A DNA stretch of 64,000 nt from Dicyema japonicum (Eukaryota > Animalia > Dicyemida): assembly GCA_011109175.1 (NCBI GenBank), contig RDEW01000042.1, forward strand, positions 316,504 to 380,503, in the 5' to 3' direction. The notes under the pieces were generated by a model that saw only the letters and a list, made by a program, of their open reading frames with translations, did no database searches and was not told the origin of the DNA. Both the position numbers and the translations under genes were made by a program. Positions 38,681-50,618 of the stretch are shown here, in pieces (within the stretch, counting starts at the first letter, position 1; every line of letters starts with the position of its first letter).

Positions 38681-40688
38681 TTTTGATTAATAAACTCGTA
38701 TACTTCACTTAGAATACATCTGAACCGTGATCTAGAGAACAAATACTGATTATATGATTCCTGAAGCTTTTCTGTGAATTCCGATTAGCAAAATAGTCCA
38801 GGATCTTTTGCAAATCGAGAAATGGAGAATAAAAAATATCTATCAAATCATTACACCATTAGATGCCCACGTCAGAATAAATTAAGAGACAAATGTAGTA
38901 TTTTATTGACCTAGATATCTAAAGCCACTGGCGACTAAAGGTAAGAGGTAAGAAGGTAAAAGTGAATTTATCTAAAAAATGTTGTACACAATTCTACGAA
39001 ACAAAAAATCGTTCTACTTATTAAGGAAACTTGCAAGAAGCCTCTGAACACTGCCAATGTCATAAAGTAAAAAGTGAATTATTGTTTTTTAAATAAGTGT
39101 ATAAATCAAACTGATGGATTTACTATTTTAAATTGTTTTTATGTGAAAAGTTAATCATTATGTGGATTTTTCTTATGGGAAAATTCAAAAGGATATATTT
39201 ATTAAATTTCGCTCCCTGGCGACGAATTCTGGAATCGACCTAAGCTCCCCGGACAACGTCCTTTGGATCACTGTGCTTGGGTGAAGGAACTGCTTGAACG
39301 CGTCAGGATCCAGGAATTAATCAATTTGGTGTTAACCTTGGTCATACAGTTTTCTCACTTTACTCCAGGAAATTTAATTACCTGAGTATACATTTTTATG
39401 TTAGTCGACAGTTTTAAGTCCTTAATATTACATGGATGTCTAAACAAAATAGGAAACGTCAGTACAAATAGTTGTTAAAACTATATGGAATTAGTACGAA
39501 AAAAGTCTAATTGTCCATTATTGGTGTTAGTTTCTAAGATAGGTGGACATGTTACGAAAACAAACATCAGCCCACTACTTTTAGCTGAGAGCTTTATCCA
39601 GTTCACAACCGATTATCTGTTTTATGGTAGAGAGATTTTTCCTTAACGAAAGTTATAAGACACATTCACGAATAATCATCTCCTTAAGGCAGTGATTTTT
39701 TCGAATGTAGCTGAATACTCCTTTGAGGTCTCTATCACAGGAATACTCCTTCAAATTACATCTCAAAGATTCTGGATGTGAGCGGTAGTATCTTGTCCTG
39801 ACAGTAAACCATATTAAGTGGGGCATATCTTTTCTCAGCATACTAATTCTGTCGATTATCTGCCATTATGTGAACTCCTTCACTAGCGTAGGTAAAAGAG
39901 GGATCTTTTTGGATTCAGGGCAGTCATTGGGCGGATGACGCTTCCAGGTGAAGAAGGCAAAGAGCAGAACGGTGTTACTTAGAGGGCTATTATTGGATCA
40001 TAGATAAATAGCTATTATCTTCAATCATTAAGTCAACTAGGCATTACATGCAATACAAGTATGCCACTTTTTAAAAAGGTCTGTAGCAATTTCAAGTACG
40101 ACACCAATAATCTATGAGAACTCGAACATTTTAGAATCCGCTGACTCTATAGACTTTTATCTGTCCATACATTAGTAGAGACTAAGAAAAATAAAATATT
40201 TATAATAAGGCATCGGATACTTCCTAACAGTGATCCACTGACCAATAATTAAAACCAAAACTTTCACATCCGATGTTCTGACTCTATAGACTTTTATCTG
40301 TCCATACATTAGTAGAGACTAAGAAAAATAAAATATTTATAATAAGGCATCGGATACTTCATAACAGTGATCCACTGACCAATAATTAAAACCAAAACTT
40401 TCACATCCGATGTTCACTTAGCTCTCCTACTCCACACACTAAATGAATAGATCCTTCTAAAGACTTGAACGATGTTATCTATAGAACCATATCATTGGTT
40501 CTACCAGTCCAAGTTGACTGAAAAAAACGATTGGTTATTAGAACTTTTTAGTTCACCCAATATAACCACGTTATTATAAGAGAGCAATCTTCGGACAATC
40601 ATTAGAAGAGCCACTTAGATCTACCTCTTTCGATCAGCAATAATGTTCACAAAAAGGGAACTAAATAATATAAGGAATAAATTTCATT

Positions 40689-41296
40689 TTAAGGATCAAA
40701 GCTTTTGCTTATAAATAGATTTTTCTGTAGAACCCTGATTTCCTCATAAATGAGAATTGCTGGTCCCAGGAGAAGATTCATGCCAGTCAACACATCATTC
40801 CGTTGCAGAAGAAAAAGAGCAAATCCATCAATTTCCTACTAAATGAATCAAACATTCCACATGGCCCAAAAATATCTGAGATTCTTCAGAATGCCCCATT
40901 CCCTTTACCCAATCGACAACCTCGTAAGACGTCCACCACTTTGCCCATTTTCTGAGGAAATTCTCTACTGCAATCACAAAAAGTCCAAGAAAAAGACTCG
41001 GAAGCTGTAAGATGCTCGTTAATGGAAGGATCTTTGCAGTCTGTGTCAAATGCAAGATCGCAGTTCATACAGACGGCGAGATCACTATCTTACCCGTCCT
41101 GTCCACAAACTGCGCAGTTCTTGCAGTCTATGCAGAACCAATTTCCATTTTCGACACTTATTGGGATTTGCTGGATAATTAATGCAGTGAATGTGATCTA
41201 GATGATTATAGAGGTAGGAATTACGGAGCATTCAAGCATCACATCGACGTAACCTAAAGTTTTACAATGTTTGCATTTGAATCTTTTTCTCCCCAT
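40689..41296 (-). pseudogene. Tandem PHD finger + C-terminal SAM domain (SAMD1/atherin-type SAM) protein, frameshifted
   Basis: CKHCK..MLEC..HIHC..NWFCIDCKNCAVCG..DLAVCMNCDLAFDTDC..WTFCDC (double PHD), then WTSYEVVDWVKGMGHSEESQIFLGH|[29 protein letters not shown] (SAM, compare SAMD1 [30 protein letters not shown]). Short GT-AG introns, three frameshifts and one internal stop. Confidence 0.85.
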
Positions 41297-41996
41297 CTGA
41301 TGATAATGTTGTATATGGAAAAACAAATAAATATTAATTTTTTTATAATTATATTTAAATAATTTTTAATAAATACCGACCAACTCTTCATGCACTTCTC
41401 TGTAAGGGAATCTATAATCGATTTACTGTGATAACGCAGAAGGAAGAGCTTCAGGCTGCGGGGATACGATGGANNNNNNNNNNNNNNNNNNNNNNNNNNN
41501 NNNNNNNNNNNNNNNNNNNNNNNNNNNNNNNNNNNNNNNNNNNNNNNNNNNNNNNNNNNNNNNNNNNNNNNNNNNNNNNNNNNNNNNNNNNNNNNNNNNN
41601 NNNNNNNNNNNNNNNNNNNNNNNNNNNNNNNNNNNNNNNNNNNNNNNNNNNNNNNNNNNNNNNNNNNNNNNNNNNNNNNNNNNNNNNNNNNNNNNNNNNN
41701 NNNNNNNNNNNNNNNNNNNNNNNNNNNNNNNNNNNNNNNNNNNNNNNNNNNNNNNNNNNNNNNNNNNNNNNNNNNNNNNNNNNNNNNNNNNNNNNNNNNN
41801 NNNNNNNNNNNNNNNNNNNNNNNNNNNNNNNNNNNNNNNNNNNNNNNNNNNNNNNNNNNNNNNNNNNNNNNNNNNNNNNNNNNNNNNNNNNNNNNNNNNN
41901 NNNNNNNNNNNNNNNNNNNNNNNNNNNNNNNNNNNNNNNNNNNNNNNNNNNNNNNNNNNNNNNNNNNNNNNNNNNNNNNNNNNNNNNNNNNNNNNN

Positions 41997-42450
41997 TTTT
42001 CGACACTTATTGGGATTTGCTGGATAATTAATGCAGTGAATGTGATCTAGATGATTATAGAGGTAGGAATTACAAGTGTTTTTACAGTCGGAGCATTCAA
42101 GCATCACATCGACGTAACCTAAAGTTTTACAATGTTTGCATTTGAATCTTTTTCTCCCCATCTGATGATAATGTTGTATAAGGAAAAACAAATAAAAATT
42201 AATTTTTCTATAATTATATTTAAATAATTTTTAATAAATACCGACCATGACTCTTCCTGCACTTCTCTGTAAGGGAATTTATAATCGATTTACTGTGATA
42301 ACACAGAAGGAAGAGCTTCAGGCTGCGGGGATACGATGGAGGATCACAGATATAAAATGGGGTTGCTAATTGATGGAATTGGGATCATCTGGCTGGTTGA
42401 TTATACTCTCGTTTTGATCGATGACCCTGAGATTTTAAATACATTTATAC
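41997..42450 (-). pseudogene. Second copy or haplotype of the 5' part of the PHD-SAM gene across the gap, plus possible upstream exons
   Basis: 41997-42340 repeats 41148-41473 but keeps 16 nt (aagtgtttttacagtc) missing in the first copy, restoring ECSDCKNT|YHIHC with a 27-nt intron. A further 24-nt GT-AG candidate intron lies at 42427-42450. Confidence 0.65.
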
Positions 42451-43289
42451 GTATTCATGTGATCTAGCTGTCTCAATGTGTGATGATGCCTGCTTTTAAG
42501 ACAACCCTCGACATATGTTGAATATTCAAATCTGATTGACGGTCAGTTTAAATAATGGCCCATAGTAAGTAAGTAAGTAAGATATTATAAATAAAAAAGC
42601 ACTGTAAAGTAAGTGATGGGGGAAGTAATATGAAACGGTAGGACATGCCAACCGACTTCTACCCCGACGGTCTCCCCAATAAAATCTTTAAACACAGGGT
42701 CATCTCAGAAGATAAGTGTTTTAGTGCGATTTTTAAAACCTCGAATAAGATTTTCGATAGTTCTGTTTTTTGCGGACTTATCCCGTAAGCAAGCTTTAGA
42801 GCAAAATTTCGCGTTTTCTCAAATTTCTTCGAATCATACCATCCTTTTAAAACGCATAACATTGCAGATAGTATCGCAGTGTTGAATACATAAACAAAGG
42901 TATCCGGCTCGAGCTTTAATTATCTATCATAGTAAAGAGAGTTTGTAGCTTTTTTCTTTCGTATTTTATCATGTTCCATGAAATTACCTTCCTCGTCAAT
43001 TAGGAGGTCAAGGTATTTTATAGTCTTCTTCCAAAGTATGACTTGTAACAAGCTCTTTAAGTTAGCCATCCTCCTTCTTCCAGGTATCCTCAGCATACAG
43101 ACTTATCACGTGCCACCGAAAGGAAGTTTTCATTGCACCATACTTCAATCTGATCCATGTACGTCTTCAATCGTTGCTCAGCTACCAAAGGGTTTAAAGA
43201 AACATCATAAATTATGACGTCATCAGCTTATATCAAAATTTTTTGTACGTGGGTTTTCTGAGGAAAACAATTCACTTATTACAATGTTA

Positions 43290-43760
43290 AATAACTGAGC
43301 ACTGAACCCTGAGGTACATCTCTTCTCAACCAAATTTTACGAGATTCATAGTTTTACTGAGCACTGAACCCTGAGGTACACCTCTTCTTAACCAAATTTT
43401 ACGAGATTCATAGTTTAAAAAATTAACAATTGACCGTCTATCCGAGAGCAAACTTTGTATCCAAAAATAGAGTGCTTTTTCAATACCACATTTCCCAAGA
43501 CAAATAAAAAAACCAAGATACCACACACTGTCGAAAGCTTTTGATATATCAAGGCAGACTGCGTTCAAACAACCTTTAGTTTCCAAAGCCTTCACAATTG
43601 ACGTGTTAACATCGTACAAACAATCTTTACAAGACCGATCTTTTTTGAAAACCCCACTGATGGTCCTTTAGTATATCATTACGTTCTATATTTTCAGAAA
43701 GTCTGTTGAATAAAATTCTTTCCATAACAATTGAGATTTAAAAATGTGGAATGTGGCCTA
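43290..43760 (-). mobile_element. Non-LTR RT fragment
   Basis: AVCLDISKAFDSVW, RGVPQGSVLS. Confidence 0.88.
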
Positions 43761-44104
43761 TTCTATGGACAGCTTTTTTATCTGTATTTTAAAGAAGATT
43801 GCTGTCGACTTGTGGTCGGAAAAATTCAGGCTATTTGTATCCTTCACATTTGAGAGTTTTGGTTAAACGCGACTGTTGCGGGAAAACATGCTAAAAATAA
43901 TTTTTGAGCTCTCTATCGTTTTCGAAAATGAAGATGGAGTCTATCTTTTTATTTACATAATGCTTTTAATGTCTATCACTAACCTGGAAACAAACATGCT
44001 AAAGATAATTTTTGAGCTCTCTATCGTTTTCGAAAATGAAGATGGAGTCTATCTTTTTATTTACATAATGCTTTTAATGTCTATCACTAACCTGGAAACG
44101 ATTC

Positions 44105-46170
44105 CTGATTAGGCCTGCACAGAAACAACTTATTTGATTCCAAAGCTGGACAACCTTCAGTCTGCTGTAGATTATGGACCGATAACCTGCATACTAACCC
44201 TGTATAATCTGATGACCAAATTGGTGGCTAATGAGGTCAGGAGCTTTGTAGAAGCAAATGGGATTCTCTCTGAGACTCAGTTGGGAACTGTGCGAAATTG
44301 TCAGGGATCAAAAGAGCAGGCTTTGATCAACAAGTGTCTTACGGAAACTCAGTTTTGTCTATGTGAGTGGATGTGAAAAAGGCTTACGATTCAGTCTATC
44401 ATTCTTACCTTGTCGAGTGCCTACACAGTCTACACAGTCTTGTGTATGCCTGTGTGGTTTATCAGCTTTGTAGTGGCTGTGATGAATAGGTGGAGTATTC
44501 ATCTGTACTATAATCGGCACCGGATATGCGAGGTAAAACTCAAGAGGGGGATTTTTCAGGGGGATAGCATGTCTCAATAACCGGTTTGAGCAAATACCAG
44601 TTCATTAAGAGGGGATTTGTTTTAGTACAAATCACCTTCTTTTTATCGATGACCTGAAGATGTATGCTCGAACAGCCGAAAAGCTCTACTCCATAGGGGT
44701 CTGTGCCAGGGATTTTTTTGAAAGTATAAGACTAGATTTGAATTGTTCAAAGTCTGCGACTAACACGCAAGTATGTAGCGAATTAGTAAGACTCCTAGAG
44801 GAACACGAAAGATATAAGTATCTGGGTGTTACCGAAACTCCAAAGTCCCTTATAATGCCTGAGACAAAGCGACAAATTACTTAATGCATTTGTAAAAGAG
44901 CAGCGTTATTATGTAAGACGTCTCTAAANTGTGCCAGGGATTTTGTTGAAGGTATAGGACTAGATTTGAATTATTCAAAGTCTGCGACTAACACGCAAGT
45001 ATGTAGCGAATTAGTAAGACTCCTAGAGGAACACGAAGTCCCTTATAATGCCTGAGACAAAGCGACAAATTACTTAAAGCATTTGTAAAAGAGAAGCGTT
45101 ATTATGTAAGACGTCTCTAAATCAAAGGAATTTGTTCCTAGCATTAAATGAGTATGATGTCTTGCTGCTAAACTACTACATAGGTGTTGTGGAGTTTGAG
45201 CCCAAAGGGAATGATGAAATGGATGTTATGATCCGTGGAGTACTCAGAGAGAACCATGTCCATGTGCTGGCAGCCAATAAGGAGAGACTATCAAAATTCG
45301 CCGTGGACTGTGTGGAGTAGTCCAACTAAGTAAGAGTATCGTAATGCAAATGCACGACACCCTGATAGCTGGGTCAAGTGTGTCTGCTAAGAAGCACGCT
45401 ATAATAACGACCGAAAAAACACGGGTAACCCACTTAAGCACTATCAGATTTTTTTTGTCTGCTAAGTATGGTGTTGATGATGGCTAGTAAATGTGAAGGC
45501 GTTGATCGAATCACAATATAATAATTTGATTGAAAAAAATCAATTTAAAAAGTCTTCATAAGGTCCTTTTCAGAGCATCAAGATCGCAAAATTTTTTGGG
45601 GTCGATCAACAAATACATGTCCCCACTGTAAGTCAAGGAGCATGTCGGTTGATCATTTAGCCACTCGTTGTGGATCCATGCTTTGCCACAACTATTTGTG
45701 GAGGCATAACAAGGAAGTAAGGAATCTTCATCTTCTTCTATGCAATAAGTATGGTATTCTCCACATCAGACAGTTGCGGACTCATAAGGTGCAATCTGTA
45801 GTAGAGAACACCAGGGTCCAAATTAAGGTAGACAGTGTTATCCGTACCTCAGTGCTAGTCAAGCAATAAACCGGACATTGTGGTACGCGATAAGGAGTCT
45901 GGCCAACTCCTTATCATAGAGGTTGGCATCATGTCTCAAGACCGTTTGCAGACTGTGGAGGTGGAGAAAAAAAGGAAGTATGACTTTCTAGCAAACGAGA
46001 TGGGGCAGATGCTTGGTTGCAAGGTCCTCGTTATTCCTATAGTAATGACGTGGGAAGGAATTGCGACAAAGTACCACAAGGGTTATCTGAAGCAGTTGGG
46101 GGTAGATAGAAGCTCCAGGCCAATCTACAGTCCACTGTATTAAAGCGGACCCTGAGAGTCTGACACTGGA
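44105..46170 (+). mobile_element. R4/Dong-like non-LTR element (RT + CCHC + restriction-like endonuclease), degenerate
   Basis: TYLIPK, YGPITCI, QLGTVRNCQGSKEQALIN, DVKKAYDS, RGIFQGDSMS, LFIDDLK, YKYLG, CPHC..DHLATRC, RHN, PDIVV, IIEVG, EKKRKY. Confidence 0.9.
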
Positions 46171-46309
46171 GTATAGGAGGCAGAGCCCGGAGATACAACA
46201 TAGAGTTCAATTGGACAAAACGCTCTCGGAGTTGTTTCAGCAACCAGAATCGAACCTGTCTGAAAAGGCTGGCGAACAAACAGGCGAGGAAGGTTGTTGA
46301 CTATTAAAT

Positions 46310-46400
46310 GTTAACTTATTATTTTATTATTAACCCCGGATACACCGAGAAAGAAGTTAAAGTAAACAAATAATTAAGTGTATCCAGCTTCCACTTCTAC
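46310..46400 (-). mobile_element. 3' terminus of a non-LTR family (also at 16135-16210 +)
   Basis: gaagctggatacacttaa..U-rich..ctcggtgtatccggggttaataataa; homologous copy at 16135-16205. Confidence 0.7.
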
Positions 46401-48959
46401 AGAAAGAGTACATCCGGAAAAAAGGGTAAAAGACGTCCATAGTTGCAGTTGTGGAAACCCCTCCAGTGGAGTGGGGGAGAGCAAATAATCCTTTTTTTCG
46501 TGAAGGCCTGGCACTAAACGCCACCTAGACAAGTGGATCACATGATGCCACTCTAATAGTTAGAGAGAAGAGGAACAGACGAAAAAAACAGAAACTTCAA
46601 TCAATTAGCCGCGAAGCACCACATGGCGCCACGCGGTTATTTTCCATCTTAACTTGTTATTGTTGGTTAAATAAAGTGGGTTCTTGATGATTGTTTGGTA
46701 TCTATCGCCATAAAAATATTTAATTTATTAAAATTAAAAAAATTAAAATTAAATAATCACGTTCTGGTAGATTGCTTAGGTGGGACTCTAATGGGGAAGC
46801 AGTAAATGGAAAATTCAATTTATCTATGAAGTCAAAAATAAAGCATTTGACATTTTAAAACGACCGATACAGGACAGTGCCAGGGACCTGCCTATTCTAA
46901 TAAATAGAAAGTCTGAGTACGACATTCCCACTGATGGGAAATATTACTGCTATTATTGCTGGTTTAATAATTTCACATGGAGTTATTACAATCGTGCGAG
47001 TTTACAGGAGAAACAGGGATCCCATGAGGAACATCGAACGAAAAAGAGGTGAATGCTGAAGAAGCACTCTAAATACATAACAACTTCAGTACAATTTACA
47101 ATTGGGAGAATGCGAGAGACACCATCATCAGCAGGACTAGATTCCTTTACATGAGATCCCGGTCGACAAATTATTCATTTATTTTTCCCCAGTGATAACT
47201 GTAAAAAGAGACCAGCATCTCCTTTTCCTTTATAGAGGTTGCCCAAGTCCCATCTTTATATAGAAGAATAGATTTTATAAGCTAGTTGTATAGTAATATT
47301 CTTAATAATAGTTCAAGACAGTGGTTTTCAACCTATTTTCCCTATCAAAATTGAGATATTCTTAGTTAATTCATTATTTTTAGGTCAATTGATAAATCAA
47401 AGAATGTTCATGACATTAAGCTTACGACGAGTCACTGAAATATGTACGGCACTTATGACACTGAGTCACCCCAACCAGGAAACTTCAGTCATGCATTTTC
47501 TCAAAATCATTTAATTAATCACTTCAAAATTTTTCGCTTTAAAATTATTCATTAATCGTGTTAATACAATTTCTGTGATCTCACGATAGAGAATTACTGA
47601 TGGAGAATCAAGTCATGTCTTATTTGTAATGTACAGAACCTATATTTATCACGTACTGAATTTAGTTAAAAGTTGTGCGGAGTAACTCACCTAACAAGCG
47701 CATCTTTTTAAGATGAACAACGATGAAAATAAACTTAGTAAGCATTACAAAGATCTAAAGTAATCTCTAATATATTGATTATTTGCTTGACATAGTCCAG
47801 TTGTCGGCTACCTTTTAAGACAAAGCCATTTTTTGTATTTTTGACAGTTAAAAAAATTGAAGGAGCACTTTTAAAAACAAAGAGAATAACAAAATTAAAT
47901 TTAATCTAATGTAATTAATGAGATAATTGACCCTGCATTTCTTTCACAAATAGTGAAATTGCAGACGCTATTTTAAGGTCATCAACGAAAGACTAATTTG
48001 TTTCGGAGTCTTTCGTGTTTTTGGTTTTGGTTCTTCTTTACTTCGATCTCTTAATGCGACTATAAAGTCGCAAAAAGAATGTTATCAGTATTTGGAGTGG
48101 GAAAATCTTTAAGAAAAAGATTGAATAATGTTGGTTAAGTGGAGATCCTTGATGGATCATATTCGGGAGGTTCTGAGACTTAGGCATGTTATTTCCTATC
48201 TTCACTTATCCTTTTTGACTAATGACAAGGAAAGCGAACAACTTAGGGAGTTGAAATGGAGAAAAAATTTGCTGTCACTATCTTCCGTTCTCTAATGTGG
48301 CTTTACACAATTCACTCACTCATAGATAAATTGAACAGGTTCGTGTGCGTAGAATCCATATAGAAATGAGGTAAGTTGTAAAAATGAGTGATTTCTGGAG
48401 GAGTAATTTTTCCTGTGTTCATGGTATCCACACAGTATTGATGTTGGCCGGAAATAGCAAGGGTCGTCTCAAGTTTATTCTGTTCAATAACGGATATATT
48501 AAAGAGTTCTTCCAAATTGGTGGAAATTTGTTTTTGCATATCGAGTGACTGAAAAGTTGGGTTATCGTCTCAATTATGTGGTCCCGAATGCTTCAACTCT
48601 GCTATAAAGATATCCAGGGATAACGTGTTCTTTATATAATTGGTCATAGATAATACATATTCAGTCTGTGGAGCTGCTTGTCCAGCAATTTCTCCATTCT
48701 CCAAAACTTATAGTAAGGTTTGTGGCTTTACTCTTTAGTTTGTTTCTCTCCTTAATAAGAACTATTGTTTCGATGCCGAATTTCTTGAAAAATAAACATA
48801 TTGAGCGCTGCAGAATAACTTAAGCTCAAAATCAAACGGCGACGTCCTATAGAGGGGAGGTTCTCAATTTTATTTGAAAGGCAACCTTCAATGACGGACA
48901 TGAACCCAATCCATAAATCACGTGAGAAATTGACAATGTTTTAAAAGGTTTTGTTAATT

Positions 48960-49715
48960 TTAATTTAACTTCAAAATTTCAGTGTTGGCTTGTGATCCGT
49001 GTACAAGTAATGATTCTCATTGGATGGCTTCAGCAAGTAAAGATCTGGTGAGGTTGAGGAGCCTCCGCATTGTCGTCCTCGGGCATTTGTTATCTAACGT
49101 GAGTTAGCCTCATCGGTTCAGTTGTTGGTCTATATACCAGAGAAAGCTCGTCACATTCAGGTTGGCACATATTAAGACCTCTTCCATTCATGCGAAATGA
49201 TTCCTCAAATGAAGATATGAAGAGTGGTTTTTCCAGCTTCTGTTGACCATTCCTTGTTGACGAGCCTTTTATTCTTTCTTAGATGTAATATCAATTAGAA
49301 TTAAAACACCCTTCAACACAGGTTATTCCACAGTATGCACTAATATAGATTTGGCTTTGTCCACATCACACCTTTTATTGGTTACTCTAGTATTCTTCTA
49401 CAAGCAAAAAGAATATTCAAATATAAGGTCGACAATCCTGATAATTGTCATCTGAGTCAATAAAGTTATGGGAACTAAGATATTATTCATTTGAAAACTT
49501 TATTTTCTTTTTTTCGTTGAATCGGAGAAACATTCTCAATAAACTTTAATGCGAAGATCCACACTCGTTACTGGACCAGAGTCGTAATCATATGACATTG
49601 AATAGTCATATTGACATTAATATTTGATCTTAAATAATAGATTTAATATCACCAATTAAATATCTGCAACTGAGGCAAAGATAATCTAAAAGCAACAAAG
49701 AAAATACAGAGTTTT
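48960..49715 (-). pseudogene. Decayed exon/tiny-intron series, possibly the 3' remnant of the LRR-like gene
   Basis: Minus-strand GT-AG segments gtattttctttgttgcttttag (22 nt), gtgatattaaatctattatttaag (24 nt) and gttttcaaatgaataatatcttag (24 nt), with further ones near 50377-50398 and 50558-50581. The frames contain stops. Confidence 0.4.
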
Positions 49716-49724
49716 CCTATTTAT

Positions 49725-49885
49725 TTAATAACTTTGTCATAAAATTTAATAACTTTGTCATAAAATTTAATAATTTTGTCAAAATATTTAATAACTTTGT
49801 CAAAATGTTTAATAATTTGCCAAAATACTTAATAACTTTGTCAAAATGTTTAATAATTTGTCAAAATACTTAATAACTTTGTCAA
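49725..49885. repeat. ~21-bp minisatellite, about 8 units
   Basis: tttaataactttgtca(t)aaa(tg) repeated in tandem. Confidence 0.85.
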
Positions 49886-50618
49886 GGGTCAAATTAAAAG
49901 AAACCAATTTTATAATTAATTGAAAAAAAGCGCATTTCATTCTCAAGATGAACTTGGTGTGATTCATGCTGTCGCTGTGTACCTGTATGTTTGTGGAGAA
50001 GGATCTAGTTATGTTTGGTTTTGTTTTTGAGTATTCGATAAGGGTTACTCGAATTGGTGTTCTAGAAAGGGGGTATGGTTGGTTTTTATTAATTTTGTGC
50101 TTCGTTTTACTGTGTTCTTTATAGGAGGGAAGATAAACGTCTTTGTCTTCAGGGAGTGTTTTGATCAATTTCGGAGTCTATCGAAAAAAGTTGCATAAAC
50201 CCTTCTGGTCAAAATATTTTATTAGATAACTCTATTTTGGTTTATCTTGCACTATTCGCAGTAAAATGAAGATGTTCCATATGAGTCTATAGTCCTATCA
50301 TCGTTCTCAACTGTTTGAACATATTCCTTTTCATTATGAGAGTACTAGTGTGTGAGTAAAGCTAATAGTTTAAGTCCTTATGTTATTAATTAGGATACTG
50401 CTTACGTCGTTCTGCATAAATCTGAGGAAAACCGTCCGTTCTTTAACACTTATCTAAGTGGATTCTTTCTGTAATCGTTTTTTGAAGTGAAATTATTCTT
50501 TTAGAGACAAGAGTATAGCTGTGTGATTCAGTTGTCCAACTAGGATATTAATTAAATCTTAATAAATTTGAATTAATTAACACAATTTATATCCCAGAAA
50601 AATGAACGATTAAGTTAG

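Noticed and set aside
10573-42191. Long ORFs in the ORF track (190-370 aa)
   Set aside because: They are poly-X translations of N gaps.
49725-49885. CRISPR-like array
   Set aside because: Units are contiguous with no unique spacers, the context is eukaryotic, and there are no cas genes.
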